Of a stretch of 64,000 nt of DNA, positions 51,633 through 64,000 are shown piece by piece; the first letter of the stretch is position 1; each line of letters opens with the position of its first letter. Source of the DNA: Marsupella aquatica (taxonomy: Eukaryota; Plantae; Marchantiophyta); the NCBI GenBank assembly GCA_973895155.1, contig OZ316891.1:523558-587557 (forward strand), written 5' to 3'. The notes under the pieces were generated by a model. The model was not told where the DNA came from. It searched no databases and saw only the letters and a program-made list of their open reading frames with translations. The translations under genes were made by a program, and so were the position numbers.

Positions 51633-54600
51633 TCAAGTCAGACACATTCTGAACCCGCTCTGCAGGCTTGTTTCATCTAAATTCTTTCCGATAAAAACCA
51701 TTTTGTTTGTCCTGTCTTCATTTTCTCCCCATGGCCTGTCAGGAGCCCCCTCGAACAAAGAATGGACACCCTGAAAAAAGGCAGCTTTGTCTTAGTCTAC
51801 ATTACCAAACATGCCTTCCTAATGCTGTTTTTTACGAACTTCTTGAACGCATGCCAAAAAAGACAGCCAAGAGAAACATCTACAATATTCCCATCTCCTA
51901 ACAGGACATATGCAACTGCCAGAAGAACGACTAAATACTCCAAAGGGGGAATAAGGATCAAGAACACCAGCAGATGTAAGTGTAAAGCATACCTGAAATA
52001 CAAACCGAGAATCAAAACCCTCAAGTGATAGCACGCCCTTCATCCGGTAAATACTGTCCTGGTTTACACTCAAAAGATCCTCCAGCCAGTCATTGATCTG
52101 CATAATCAAGCAATGCATCTTTGTTGGTAGGACTCGGATTAGAGCCGAAAGCAAGTTTTCCTTATTTCACAACCTGCATAAAACTGTCAGGCAGCTTCAT
52201 TCAATGCTAATCAAGGTTTTTCGCTGGCATTCCTCAGGGACATGGACCCAGCGTACTGGATACTAAAATACAAGCTTACAGATACGCCCCTTTGGCAATT
52301 CTACGATACTTTTCAAGTGTTATGTAAGACATCCTCTGATAACAGATGATGAACTGACTAATACTTAACGATATCAATCTGCCCAGTTAGCGGTCACGAA
52401 GGTACCGACATCATGTGGAAACAATCCATGCAGGATATGATTCTGCCCAGTGAGCGGTCACGAAGGTACAGGCATCAGTTGGAAACAATCCATGCGAAGT
52501 CCCCTCCAGATTGGGCTTTAAATTGCGAAAATAGGATATGACTAATTCGTGATAAACTCCATCAGAGGACAAATGAAGCCTCATACCTTGTCGACATCCA
52601 CACTTCCACCACACACGATACTGACTGAGGAGACACCTGGATCATGAGTATGGTCATGGCCATGATCATGGTCGTGATCATGACTATGACCCTCTGCATG
52701 GTGATGATGGTCATGGTCATGGTCATGATCCTCGTGGTGATCTGTGAAAACCCAAACAAAATCTTAGGTCAGACCGGCTCTAAGATAAATGTACTTAGAT
52801 TCTAGATTTGCTAACATTACAATGCATAGACCACTTCGGTTACCGTCTGACGAGTCCACGTAAGATGACAGGACCGTGAACTCACCAGCTCACGTCCAGC
52901 ATCATTTTGCCCACATGTTAAGATGTATCGATCATATTCGATCATAAGGACAAAACTAAGTTCTAATGACGGGTTCAGAACAATGACTGAAAAAGTTTAA
53001 GACTCAGTCCATATGATATTCTCCCACATTATTCCAATATTGGGCCAAAATTGCATTCAAATCTCACCGTGCTCATGCTCATGCTCAAGATGGCTATGTT
53101 CGTGCCCATGCTCATGCTCCTGCCTAGTACTTTTGGCAGCTGGCTTAATTTCTGCATCAATCCTGCCGTACAAACGCATGTAGAAATATCATCTCACAAA
53201 ATTGGTCTAGCAATTGGCAAACACCATTTTATGCGTTGACGTAACTTCGATACTACAGACAAGTTCCAGTACATTGAGACAAGGGTGTGTGGTACAACAG
53301 CTAACCTCTCCAACTCGTAGCCACCAACTCCAATGACGTAGTCCACATCAACAGCACCATACTTCGCTCTCTTCACAGTGGCCAACCCATTTATTTTCTG
53401 TACCAGATCAGCCACCAGTGAAATAGTCAATACTTTTGGCTCCAACCCCCCTTGGCAATGATATACGTGCAAAGGATTTGACATCGGTTTTCGAGTCACG
53501 TCAAGTTCCATCGTACCTTTATTTGTCGTGACAACCTGTTGAGCTCTGCCTCTCCAACCAAGTCTGTCTGGTAAATTGTCATGACAATAAAATTACATAG
53601 GATCAGCAGTAGAAACTGATCACAATTCATAGATCAGGAGAAATTGCCAACGACCCAGAGAGCCACATACATTCCTCCACAACGGAACAAACCTTGTTTA
53701 GAATGATTCTGTCTGCATAAGCTATTTGCTCGACAGCCTCGTTCACAATTCCATCAGGTTTAACCTCCTCGATATGTTGGGTGACATGCTTAGCATCAAC
53801 TAGGGTGACGACCCCATCCAACTTTACAAGATTTGATAGCTCTTCTTCATAGAAAAATGTTTGAATAATTGGTAAGGGATTTGCCAGCCCTGAACATCAA
53901 CAACAAACGTTAAACCTAATCAGGGTTTCAAGAGCACAGGAGCTAGTGATACTGCAAGTTTTATACGGGAATCCTTGTAAAAACTCAACAAAACCTCGTA
54001 AGTTGATAACATATGAACAACTCACTAACCAGTTGTTTCGATAATAACATGGTCAAATAGATTCCTCTTCGTCGTAAGAAGATCGGACAGCATGCGTAGG
54101 AGATCTCCCCGTACGGTGCAGCAAAGACAACCATTGTTCAAGAGCAATATGTCTTCGGCTCCTGAGAGTTTCGATGCAACGAGAGATCCGTCTATATCTA
54201 CCTCACCAAACTGCAGTCAGCCATGCTTGGGTTAGGAATTTACAAACGAAGGTTTCTTAGAATAGAATTAGCAAACAGGCACCTAAAACCAAAGAGCCGA
54301 CCGTACACACATTCAAAATCAGATGACTACTTCTCTCAAGCAAGACGTTAACATGTCACCTGTGGAAAGGGGACAACAGATGGCTATCATCGTTCAATTT
54401 TTCTAACACTATGAACTAAACAACTAAACCCAGTCCGTAATAACTCACCTCATTCTCAATTACCGCGATCCGCTTTCCATGCTGTGCGGTAAGGACGTGA
54501 TTCAAAAGCGTGGTCTGCACAAATAACGTCGGAACTATTTCAGCGCTAACACCTAATTAGCTTAGTGTCACAGCACTACTTCTAGTCACAACGAATCAGA

Positions 54601-55323
54601 CCTCTTTTTAGGAGATGAATGGACTACGCCAAAAATGTTGTTGAGAATATTAGTAGTATGAACGATGAATTCAGGGACTATAATGAAGTCATTTTTTCGT
54701 GAAACCTCTCTGAGTCAGCCAGTTTTCATAAAGGTGCCAAGAAATTTATCACATAAATACCAAATATTGCCCACAAATTTTCGTAGCCAGATTAGCCATT
54801 CTAGGAATCCCCCACTTCTGCCCACTCAGGTGACAAGGCAGACACCCAAAATCCGTCACAATTCCCACATCATTCAGAGCAAAAACAACCTGGGGAAGAA
54901 TTCGCACGCCTAAAAGCCTACCTTGCCGGACCCTAAAAATCCCGTAATCACGGTGACAGGGATTCGCTCGTCCACTCCCATATCCTCCACGACTTCGACA
55001 ACAGCATCATCACTGACGACACACACGACAGCCCTCTTGCCCTTCCGGCTCCAGAAGGGGCGGCCTGGGGAGGAGGAGGAGGAGGAGGACAGAGCGCCAA
55101 ACCTCGCAAAGGTCGAGGATTTAACCAACTCCAATTGACTCCCCCTTCTAGCTCCTCCTCCTGCACCAGAGCTTTTGATGGGAGAACACGTCACCACTCG
55201 CCACTGCCCAAAACCCACGCTCGCAACCTTACGAGAAGAAGTCGACGCTGAATGAGTTGCGGCACGAGCAAGAGATGCAAAGGAGGGCTCACACCATGCT
55301 GCTGCAGCCGCCACCGTGGCCAT
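51633..55323 (-). CDS. COG0523/CobW-family (ZNG1-like) metal-binding GTPase, probably plastid-targeted, multi-exon
   Basis: Transit-like N-terminus; [14 protein letters not shown]|TT; IAVIENE|FGEVDID; [12 protein letters not shown]; IIETTGLANP; [13 protein letters not shown]; His-rich linker ([30 protein letters not shown]); IYRMKGVL; VFIGKNLD. Confidence 0.93.
52378..52496. repeat. ~64-bp intronic tandem duplication
   Basis: tctgcccagt(t/g)agcggtcacgaaggtac..catca..tggaaacaatccatgc x2. Confidence 0.85.
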
Positions 55324-57014
55324 GGCGCCTTGCCTTCTTCCTCGGCGAAGGAATTCGTCCAATCCAAAATTTGCTCCACTCTGTTTGAGCCTTTCCACAC
55401 TCACGGCTGCTGGTGTTCTGCAAAGAAGCAGGGCAAAACAGCAATGGCGACCCACAGCAGAGTCCCCTCAGCACAATACAAAAAATAGTGGAAGCTACTA
55501 GACCTTCAGAAGCGTACACGTAAAGAACAAAGTAAGTTGTGTCATTGTGTGTCTCTCCCTCAGAAGAACCCGAACGAACGACCCAGACGCCTTGACAGCC
55601 ATTCTCTATCCTGCCTCTCTCCTTATCTGTTTCTCTGGTTCCCATGAAGAATGCGGATCAGTGCTCATGCTTCGGGCTCACAAATCTGTACTACCTTGGA
55701 CTTCGTACTTTCTCATCATTGCTACCCGAGTTTCTCCAGAAGCTGTGTTCGCTCTGCCTCCTGGCCCAGTCCAGTCTGTACTGTACCGGGCAACTCGTAA
55801 TTTAGAGTTGGGTGTGTCAAATTACAACCTTAAGAAAATTCTTATGACAGAAAATTTTAGGGACATAAGATTCTTGGTAGGCATGTGTCAGAGTACAACC
55901 ATATCACAGAAATGTTTAGTCTTATGAGAGAATTTTTTGGGGACATTAGATTCTTAAAGGGCATGTTATTAGGTACTCCTAAGGAGTTATGTCCTGGCCA
56001 TAAAAAACCCAACAACTTTTACATCCTTGTCTGTACCTCCTTTATGGTGCTAGTTTGACCCCGAGTTTGACATGCCCTAGAAGTATCCCCAGAACAAATA
56101 GGGTGTCTCACACTTGACCTCCCAAGTTTATTTTTGGACTGCTTCAACCCCCCTACCCCTAAATTACCGGCCGAGACAGTGACTGAAACCCCAGTCCCAA
56201 GTGGGCACAACCATGGGAATACAGACTTTGACAAAGCAAGTAGCAAACCAGACTTTAAAACTCATCTGGCCCATATCTAGTTCAAACTGGTCACTGGAAA
56301 TGTTTTGTCGTCTATTTTTTTTTCTTTGCATGGAACGGGCAACATGGGATGCACCTTGGAGAATAGTTTTTGTAAGCTCTTCATGCCTCCACGTTCTCAT
56401 CGTGTCTTTTCTAATCCTCCTGTTGCTCAGCAAGTTCAATTCACTTAGACATTCCTACCTGGTCTTACAAATTCAAGACAACGCAATGCTGATCGTCACA
56501 AGGCTTGAAGGGGTGACATTGGTATATGCTGCTCCTGGATATATCCATTCCACATCTAGATTTTGTTCAATAACTAAAGCTTCAGCTGTGTTACTCATGG
56601 GAAACTTTTTGCAGACAAATGTATCAAAGCATATTCCAATGTCCATGTGTTCATTTTTGAAAATGATTTGGGGAATGCTCCCCACAGCTGGATCACTATA
56701 CATGAGCCAACACAAGAGAGGATGCAACCGCCACAACCTTGGAACCTGATATTAATCTTCCATTATTACATCTAAAGACTCTCACTATCACTTCATGAGA
56801 CTTGGGTACAATTGTGTAGGTGATCACTGCAATTACAAACTATGCCAGTCTCAGGTCTGGACTTAAAAGATGGTCATCGACATAAGTAAGATGAAAAAGC
56901 TTCTGATAAAAGGTGAATTACAAAAAACACCTGAGATCACGAAAAAGAGTTGCAGCGCTCAGAGTAAGGAATTCCACTCAGTTGCTACTGAACTATTGCC
57001 GCAAAGTTTGAATG

Positions 57015-58130
57015 AAACAGCCTGAAGATAAGCCATGGAAATTAGGGCCCCTCCAAGAGGGTCACCCTGCCCAGTACTAGCCTTCAGACAAAAGGGTTGT
57101 ACACTACCCGGGACACTACCCTGAATTGAGGTGGTCAGGGTAAAACAAAGGGGGAGTTGTCCCATAGAAAGCCCGAGCAAAAGGGATTAGGAAAGCAATC
57201 TCCCCACCAGCATCCTGAAGCTCTTCAAACATAGCCCACTATGTGACAATGTTGAAGGCATTGGCCACATCTACTTCAATGACTACCCAATCAGGATGGA
57301 CATCCAATATAGAACGCAACCCATGAACCATGCTCTCACAACTGCCAGGGGTGGCCACACCAAACTGATGAGGAAAAAAGTGTGTTGAGAAAAGGAGCAC
57401 ACGTCTACAAGCAAAAACACGGGCTACTAAACGGTACAAAATCTCCCCAATAGCCAAAGGACAAACACCTCTTGTCTCCTTAGGCATTGCCAGGAGGAGA
57501 TAGGCCCCCAAAAGCCGAGCAACAGAGGAAGGAAGAGGCCCCCTGCCACATGGGCACAGACCAAGAATAACTTAGAAAACCCGGATGCCAAGTAGTCTGG
57601 GGAGAAGCAGTCTCTTAGATGCTCAAATCTCGTCCTAGAAACACCACCTGCAGAAAGGCGTGGTAGATGAAGGAGACAGAGGAGAAAAATCTCGTGGAAG
57701 AGGGAGAACTCACTCTACGGGGTTAAACCCCCAACAAAGCTTGGAACCTAGGCCACCACACGGGGATGAAGAGATCCGTAGGTCTGCAATGGTCTCACTC
57801 AAGGAAGGGGCAGGGGAGAGGGGAACAAAAGAGTGAGCAGCCCGGGAGAACTCCCCGGCCTGCCCCAACAAAAGGCACTGCCAGAGACAGCGCTGCATTG
57901 GTGGAACCAGCGGCTCCGGGAGACCCCGAGAAGACCCGAACAACCGCAAAGCAACAACAACCACCGCAGATGGTATTCCTCTTTGAAGCAAGACCCAATC
58001 TCCCGATAAGAACCGTTGGAGCCCGACAATGGACTCACGCTGCCCAGCTGGCCCCCCTCGAGGAGAAAAGGCCAGCACCCAATGAGGGAGCAAGAGAAAC
58101 AATGACCAGGCCCCTACATAATTCCTGTTA
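57015..58130 (-). mobile_element. CRE-like non-LTR retrotransposon reverse transcriptase remnant
   Basis: LLAMPKETRGVCPLAIGEILYRLVAR..HFFPHQFGVATPGSCESMVHGLRSILDVHPDWVVIEVDVANAFN, then STGQGDPLGGAL. Upstream are LLLLPHWVL..RFLSGDW and AGEFSRAA. Frameshifted. Confidence 0.85.
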
Positions 58131-58398
58131 GGAAGAAAGATTTCCTGTCAAGAAAAAGATTATCGGTGTGTAAACTTTTCTACTAGGTGCCACCATTTTC
58201 ATAACCCTGTGCCGAGAAAGTATTACCCTGTAATCATTTTCCCGGACAAGTATTAAGTATGATAATGTCTGTTTGGGCTGGGGTTCTAGTCTGAAAAGTG
58301 TTTACACAAAGCTCAGAAAAATTTTCAGGCTACCTCCAACCAACATTTCCACACTGATCACAGGGTTATAGGCTAGTAACCCCAAGACCAAACCATCT

Positions 58399-58461
58399 TG
58401 ACCCTATGCATTGTTAGGGTCCTGAGCCAAACGGTCATGACCCTATGCATTGTTAGGGTCC
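58399..58461. repeat. Two copies of a 24-bp hairpin-forming motif
   Basis: tgaccctatgcattgttagggtcc x2, each with gacccta/tagggtc arms. Confidence 0.8.
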
Positions 58462-58587
58462 CGTCCAAGGGAAGGCGTAAGGCCTGCCTAAGGGTGGCTT
58501 TACAATACGTTGGGGGCAGTTTCCAAATGTTTTTGTCTCCAAGATCTGATCAGAGCCATCCATTTGAGAGAAACTGCTATTGTTCAC

Positions 58588-58930
58588 TGTTAGATATTGC
58601 TCTAGTCTTGTGACTCATGAGCTAACCACAGTTAGTCTAACTTGGGTTAGGACTTAGCTAATGTTAGCGGTTGTGCTGTTGTGTATTAAGCCAGGGCTGA
58701 TGCCAGACCCTGTGGAACTTAGGCTCATTGTTACGGAGCTAGTTAAGAGATAGGGAGAGCTTGTGCTGTGGATGCTTGGTATGGCCGGTCGGCCTAGAGT
58801 GCAGTAAAGCTCTTGTGTGTTCCCGTGGACATAGCCTCATGTGGAGGTGAATCACGTATCTCTCTGTGTCGACTCTTGTGCGTTGGATGGTTCATGGGCT
58901 TGCTGTTGCGAATGTCGTCTATGCTCAACA
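58588..58930 (+). mobile_element. Copia solo LTR, 343 bp, with perfect 5-bp TSD
   Basis: TGTTAG...CTCAACA flanked by TTCAC (58583-58587 and 58931-58935). The 3' ~210 bp is nearly identical to the LTR at 4078-4420. No PBS follows. Confidence 0.95.
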
Positions 58931-60179
58931 TTCACTTTACAAAACATTGGGGGCATTTTCAACCAAACCTCTTACCAATCCTACATGGAATGCAGTGGGG
59001 CCCAATTTTTGCTTATGTGGAGCACTTTTTTGTCCTAGATTTAGACTACCTCTCTTGGTGGTCTCTTCTTTTGGCCGCTTGGTCCATTTCTATTTTAAGT
59101 CATTTACATTAAAAAGGTACCCACAAGTCCATCATAAGATATTATCTTCTCACATTTAGAAAGACTTTAGCCAAAGATTAGGTGACATTCAGGTGGAGTG
59201 GGTCCTCAATCTGTCTTTTAATCAATTAATCTGGCACCATTGGGTGCACTTGGCTTTACAAGACCTTGAGGACAATAAAAGGATTCAAAAAATGCTTTTA
59301 GCCCCAGGACAGTATATTTAGTGTGTGCAATGTCCCTCCAGTTTGGAGCTATATGGTGAATGCAACTTTCAGTATTTTGTCTTATTCAAACTTCTTTTGT
59401 TATGCATTTTTATTTCAATGTGTCTTACCAAGGTGCATCTGTTGTATAGTTTAAGATTTCCAATTTATTCTGGCACCCCTCTAATTTTTTTAAATCTTTG
59501 CTATATTTTAAGATCATCCACCCTGTAACAAAGCTCCTTGAATTTCTAGCCCTTATTCTCATGAGTACAGAACAAATGATCTAAATAATGTGCACACCTT
59601 ATGTCTTTAAGTACTACTCATGGTTTTGTGTCCTAAATTTATGGTTTTAATCATTTTGAGTGTCATTACCTAAAGTAAGTACATAAATATCTCTACTCAT
59701 GTACATTATATGCACATCACAATACCATAAACTTAAACTTTCCTATTCATTATTATTTTTCTTTACATGTGTACTTTTATTTTTGTATCTTATGTGCACA
59801 ACTTTCAATATCATAGATTGTAACTTATTCCTAGTCAATGTCTTGTTACTGACCCCCATGAGAAGTCTCTTGCAAATTCTCTCCCACAAGGTTGCATCAC
59901 ATCATCACAACCAGCCACAAACAGGAATGATCCTACTTTTAACAATGACAAACATGCACATTCCTGTTTGTGGCAAAAGTAATGTAATTTTGGGGCGCCA
60001 TGCCGTAAATATTAAATGTAAAAAAAACCAAAATACAAAGGAAGAGATGTCATTTAGTAAAATAAAGTTACCATTATGATGTTTGTCAAAGATGTATCAG
60101 TGTTTTATATCAATATGTTTGTATTTTTTAATTATTTGCAAGTTTGAAAAAACCAATTGATAGAAATGTACATAGTTAA

Positions 60180-60620
60180 ATAATCAATCTCCTTAGTACT
60201 TGATAAAATCTGTCAATGTTTGATTCATTGGAAAACTCAAGATCAAGATTTAGAAACATAGACCTCTCATTGGAAAGCTAGAGTAAAATTAAAAACTCAT
60301 CATCTCCTTAGTACTTGACAAAAATCTATCAATGTTAGGTTCATTGGAAAGCTAGAGAATTTTCAGATACTCATGATCTCTCTAATTCTTGACAAATAGT
60401 CTCAATGTCACACATTAGAGAGCTGAAGAGATTGAAAACCTCATGATCTCTTTAGTACCGTGACAAAATCTGACAATGTCGAACTCAATGTTGGAAAGCG
60501 AAAAGAATTCATGAACTCATGATCAAAATTTCTTATACCCACACTCATTGGAAAGGCAAAGAAATTCAAAAACTCATTTAGAATTTTACAAAATATGTCA
60601 ATCTGAGGCTCATTGGAAAC
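60180..60620. repeat. Degenerate ~70-bp tandem array
   Basis: Recurring ctcatgatctc/ctccttagtacttgac aaaatct..caatgt..tcattggaaa(g)ct, about 5-6 copies. Confidence 0.65.
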
Positions 60621-62677
60621 ACTTTCTCGAATAAGAGATATCACAATCTCGTCATTGTCGAAAACTTAGCCGTTGCAAATTGATTTCTTTGATTACATCG
60701 TCATCGCTTGTCCACAAAACGCTTGCTTCCTGACTTGAATTGTTTGCATCCCTCTAGTCTTCAACTGAAGCTCACTATGAAGACATGTTGACGCCAAATG
60801 CAACCTCTATGTCAAAGAAACAATTGTTGGTCTCCCCCTCACACCATAATTTTCTTAAATAAAAAAACTACAAATCCTTCGTGTGAAGTGATGGCTCGTT
60901 CATTTTATGTGTTCTTCCCACCAAATCGACAAGCGCTCTTTTGCCAACAGCTGTTGTCCTCCAGTCTGTCTTGTGGCGGTAATGCTCAATGTAACTCACA
61001 AATTATCAATCAAGAATGGTAAAAACACAATTTTTTCAATGTGTAAGCAAAAATCGTCAAAAAACTCAATTCTTCCACATTCAACCTTTTGTTTGATAAA
61101 TCTCCTCTACCTTTTGAGCGTTTTCTTTTATACAAGTACACACCAACACCATCAGTCACTGCCTTGCTGAAGTCACTTCATCATGCACACAATCCTTGGA
61201 TGAACATGGGGGTCCACAGATTAATTATCTCACCAATACATGATTCTCACCATTTTTCTCACTTTGACTTATTTATCTCACCACTACATGATTCTCACTA
61301 TTGACATTTTTTTCTTTTTTATGAGATTTTTTCTCACCTGGTTTGACATTTGTTTTTCACCTCTATATATTTTCTCAGTTGTACATTTTATCTTTTTCTC
61401 ATCTTGTGATCTATTTTTCACTTTGATATTTTATCTCACTCTCGACATCTTTTCTCTTCTTGTCATTTTTTCCTCATCTTTATATTTCTTCTCACCTCGA
61501 CATCTTTCTCACCTCAATGTCATTTATATTTTAATTAGAACACCGGTATATCACTAAAAAAACAAAAAAAATGAAGCAGGATGCTATAATACAATGTCCC
61601 TCCAGTTTACTTTGGTGAAAAAACTCCCAAGTGCCCCAGACGTCTTTCTTGTAAAGTACTCCTAAGACGAGGCCACATAGGAACAGGAACCTTGGTGTAA
61701 AGACAAGTGACTCGAAGCTAAAGAGGCGGCAAAGACATCAACTGTGGGCCAACCAAGCCCACGAAGAGGGAGGGGGTCCAGCTCCGGAAAATCTAGCAAA
61801 CTCTACTCGAGCATCAAATAATCACAACCCGCAATGATCCCACACCCGTCAACGAAGAGGACCTCTCCTCCTGTTACAGGTCCAAGGGTTCCTTTCTATT
61901 GTGCTCTTTCCAATCATTGTGCAACACTCCGACTTCCTTTGTGGCATATGCACCTATCCAATTATCGTGCCAACATGCCTTTGGTACAGCAGTCGAAGTG
62001 CCACAGGCCTTGAGAAATTGCTCCATGTCCACCGCACCTGGAACAACTACCATCTCGGGCCAACTCCTTTCCCTCCTTCTGTCGCGCTGGGCACCAAAAT
62101 GAAGTCAAGTGGCGGGTCGCTCAAGAAAAGACTCGCCATTGCCCTGCCGTGTGCCAAGCTAATATGAGAGGTCTTGGACCCACAAAACTCAAATCTTTGA
62201 ATGTGCATCTCAAGATCTTTCAATTCAATTTAGGCTTGGAGCTTGGGCGACTGCTTGAGAATGCGTCGTGGTTGCATGTACAATTGTTGTTACAGCAGTG
62301 TTTTATAACCATGTTGTGATTGTGTTCATGTGGGTGCTGGAAGAGTCATCATTTTGGCGGTCTTATTGATGCAGTTGTGTTGTGTTTGCAGAAGTGTCTG
62401 AGTTGTGGCCGTGTTGTCAATGTGAGGTTGTGTGTTCTAGGTGTAAAAGTGATGTCGTTCCAGTCATCCATGTGTCGAAGTTAAACAAGGGAGCAGCCCT
62501 GGTGAGGATTTAGGGTTTTAGGACCCCTTTTTCTTTTTCCTCTCTCGCCCTTTCCCGTCCCCTCCTCCGCCCGGCCCGCCCTCTCCCTCCTGTTGCACGC
62601 ATCTCCCATCTTCCCCCATCCCGTCCCAACCCACCCGGCCCATCCTCATCTCTCGCTTTCCCTCCTTGCCACAGGGA

Positions 62678-64000
62678 TGGAGAAGGAAGACGTAGAAAAT
62701 TCTGCTTTTGCTTGGATTCTGGCTGAAGAGTTGGAACTGGAGGATATCTTGAGAATAGAGAGAGGACTGAAGGCACCCCGTTGGCGTCAGAGGGCCGAAG
62801 CTGCGCAATTTGCTGCTGTCGCCGCAGTCAAGGATGGCCATCTCCGGAATTTCAGCTCGAAGGAGTACCTCGGTCGTGGATCAAGTCCTGTTGCCGATGT
62901 GTACGACAAGCTACTGGGTCGACTCCTGCATGGGCTGGCACTCAACGATTCGAATTGGCAAGTACGTGATCTACCCTCATCCATTTCAAATTCTGAGGTT
63001 CCTTTTCATGAGACCAAGATACTTACTTCTCCCCACTCATGAGCTCAATTGAAGAAGTCACTCGAAGAGCCTGAATTCCATTGCGACTGTTTTCCAGGTT
63101 CGTGTAGCTGCAGTTGATTCGGCTACCACAATATTATTAGCAGCGAAAACTATACTTCCAATGGACACGTGAGTTCTTTTGCCTGTCTATTTCCATTGGC
63201 CTCCTTGATTGATTTCGTTCCCTTCCGGAAGTAATCCTATGATGGTGCCACATTGAATGCTCCAACAGTGGGAATGCGTAGACAAAGTGAAGAACATACG
63301 GAAAATATAGACACATCCTGCCATTTAAATGAGAAAAGACACATTGATTATGTTTCTGCAGGTTTGCGAGTTATGTGTGGGTTGTGCTTGCTGCATGCAT
63401 GGATGTGCAACCAGAAGTACAAGGAACTGCTTCTAGTTGTATTTTACAACGTGTTTTGCATTCCTCCTCTCACGAGAGTCACGTGAGTATTTGTTAAAGT
63501 CTTCTCAAGTCCTTTTTAAGGGATGTGTTTGTGAACCCGTAGCGTACATGTCATGTCAGGGTTAGCGTGTCCAGTGATGTGCCAAGTTTCAGTGTTGGAT
63601 CCATCATGGTGTTACCACGCTGATGACTTTAAACGATAATGATCTTTATTCAGATTAGTGTTGGTTGTTTAACTAAAGGATAATCCACTCTTCCGTCGAT
63701 TTCCTCCAGCTCTTGGTTTTACAACTATTCGATCACTTTGTCGAAGCAGCAATTGGAGCTGATTCCTTGCAGTTGAAGTCCGCGAAGCTTGCTCCAAAGC
63801 CACAGGTGACGGGCCTGGACAATCTACCAAATGGAGAAGTACTTTTGGCTGGGTTGACTGCGGCAATCTGCCTGCATCTGCTCCCATTGCCAGCATCAGA
63901 TGAGTGGATAGGGCAGGAAAAATCGGAACCTGATACAATACCCTTACTTTTGGTCGCGGTGACTGTAGCCCTCGAAGACGCGAATAGAAGACAAAGCCGG
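62678..64000 (+). CDS. Unidentified protein, possibly helical-repeat; truncated by the window end
   Basis: In-frame exons ~62678-62961 (MEKEDVENSAFAW..LALNDSNWQ), 63099-63167 (VRVAAVDSATT..) and 63679-64000 (IIHSSVDFLQLLVLQLFDHF.., open to the end), joined by GT-AG introns. DSNWQVRVAA is HEAT-like. Confidence 0.55.

Noticed and set aside
52588-53163. His-rich microsatellite-like exons
   Set aside because: Normal metal-binding linker of COG0523 proteins, not novel.
56019-56749. Overlapping 75-182 aa ORFs
   Set aside because: No recognisable motifs or splice structure. Likely decayed TE sequence or chance ORFs.

Overview
Eukaryotic nuclear DNA from an early-diverging land plant, most likely a moss (inferred from the intron-rich plant genes, the PLS-DYW PPR style and the TE types). 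Host genes: INTS7/EMB1895-like (13607-19341 +), plastid rhomboid RBL11-like (21367-24451 +), tRNA-Ser(AGA) (-), a 29-motif PLS-DYW PPR with a homogenised 303-bp repeat array (29631-34613 +), MRPL47 (-), GUN4 (-), MED18 (+), a plastid COG0523/CobW GTPase (-) and an unidentified gene running off the right end. There is also a frameshifted mitochondrial HSP60 pseudogene at the left end. Mobile DNA: a Copia element whose body is replaced by an inverted PHD-finger Gypsy fragment, two more related Copia LTRs (one solo LTR with a perfect TSD) and two CRE-like non-LTR fragments. Best candidate for an undescribed system: 35.3-40.6 kb holds a decayed Mutator-like (SWIM-family) transposase 5' fragment facing an intron-containing gene that fuses a ParB/sulfiredoxin-like domain to a bacterial-type N6/N4 DNA-methyltransferase fold, followed by tandem repeat arrays. 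This suggests a MULE carrying a ParB-MTase accessory gene. All domain calls come from manual translation and motif recognition, not database searches.
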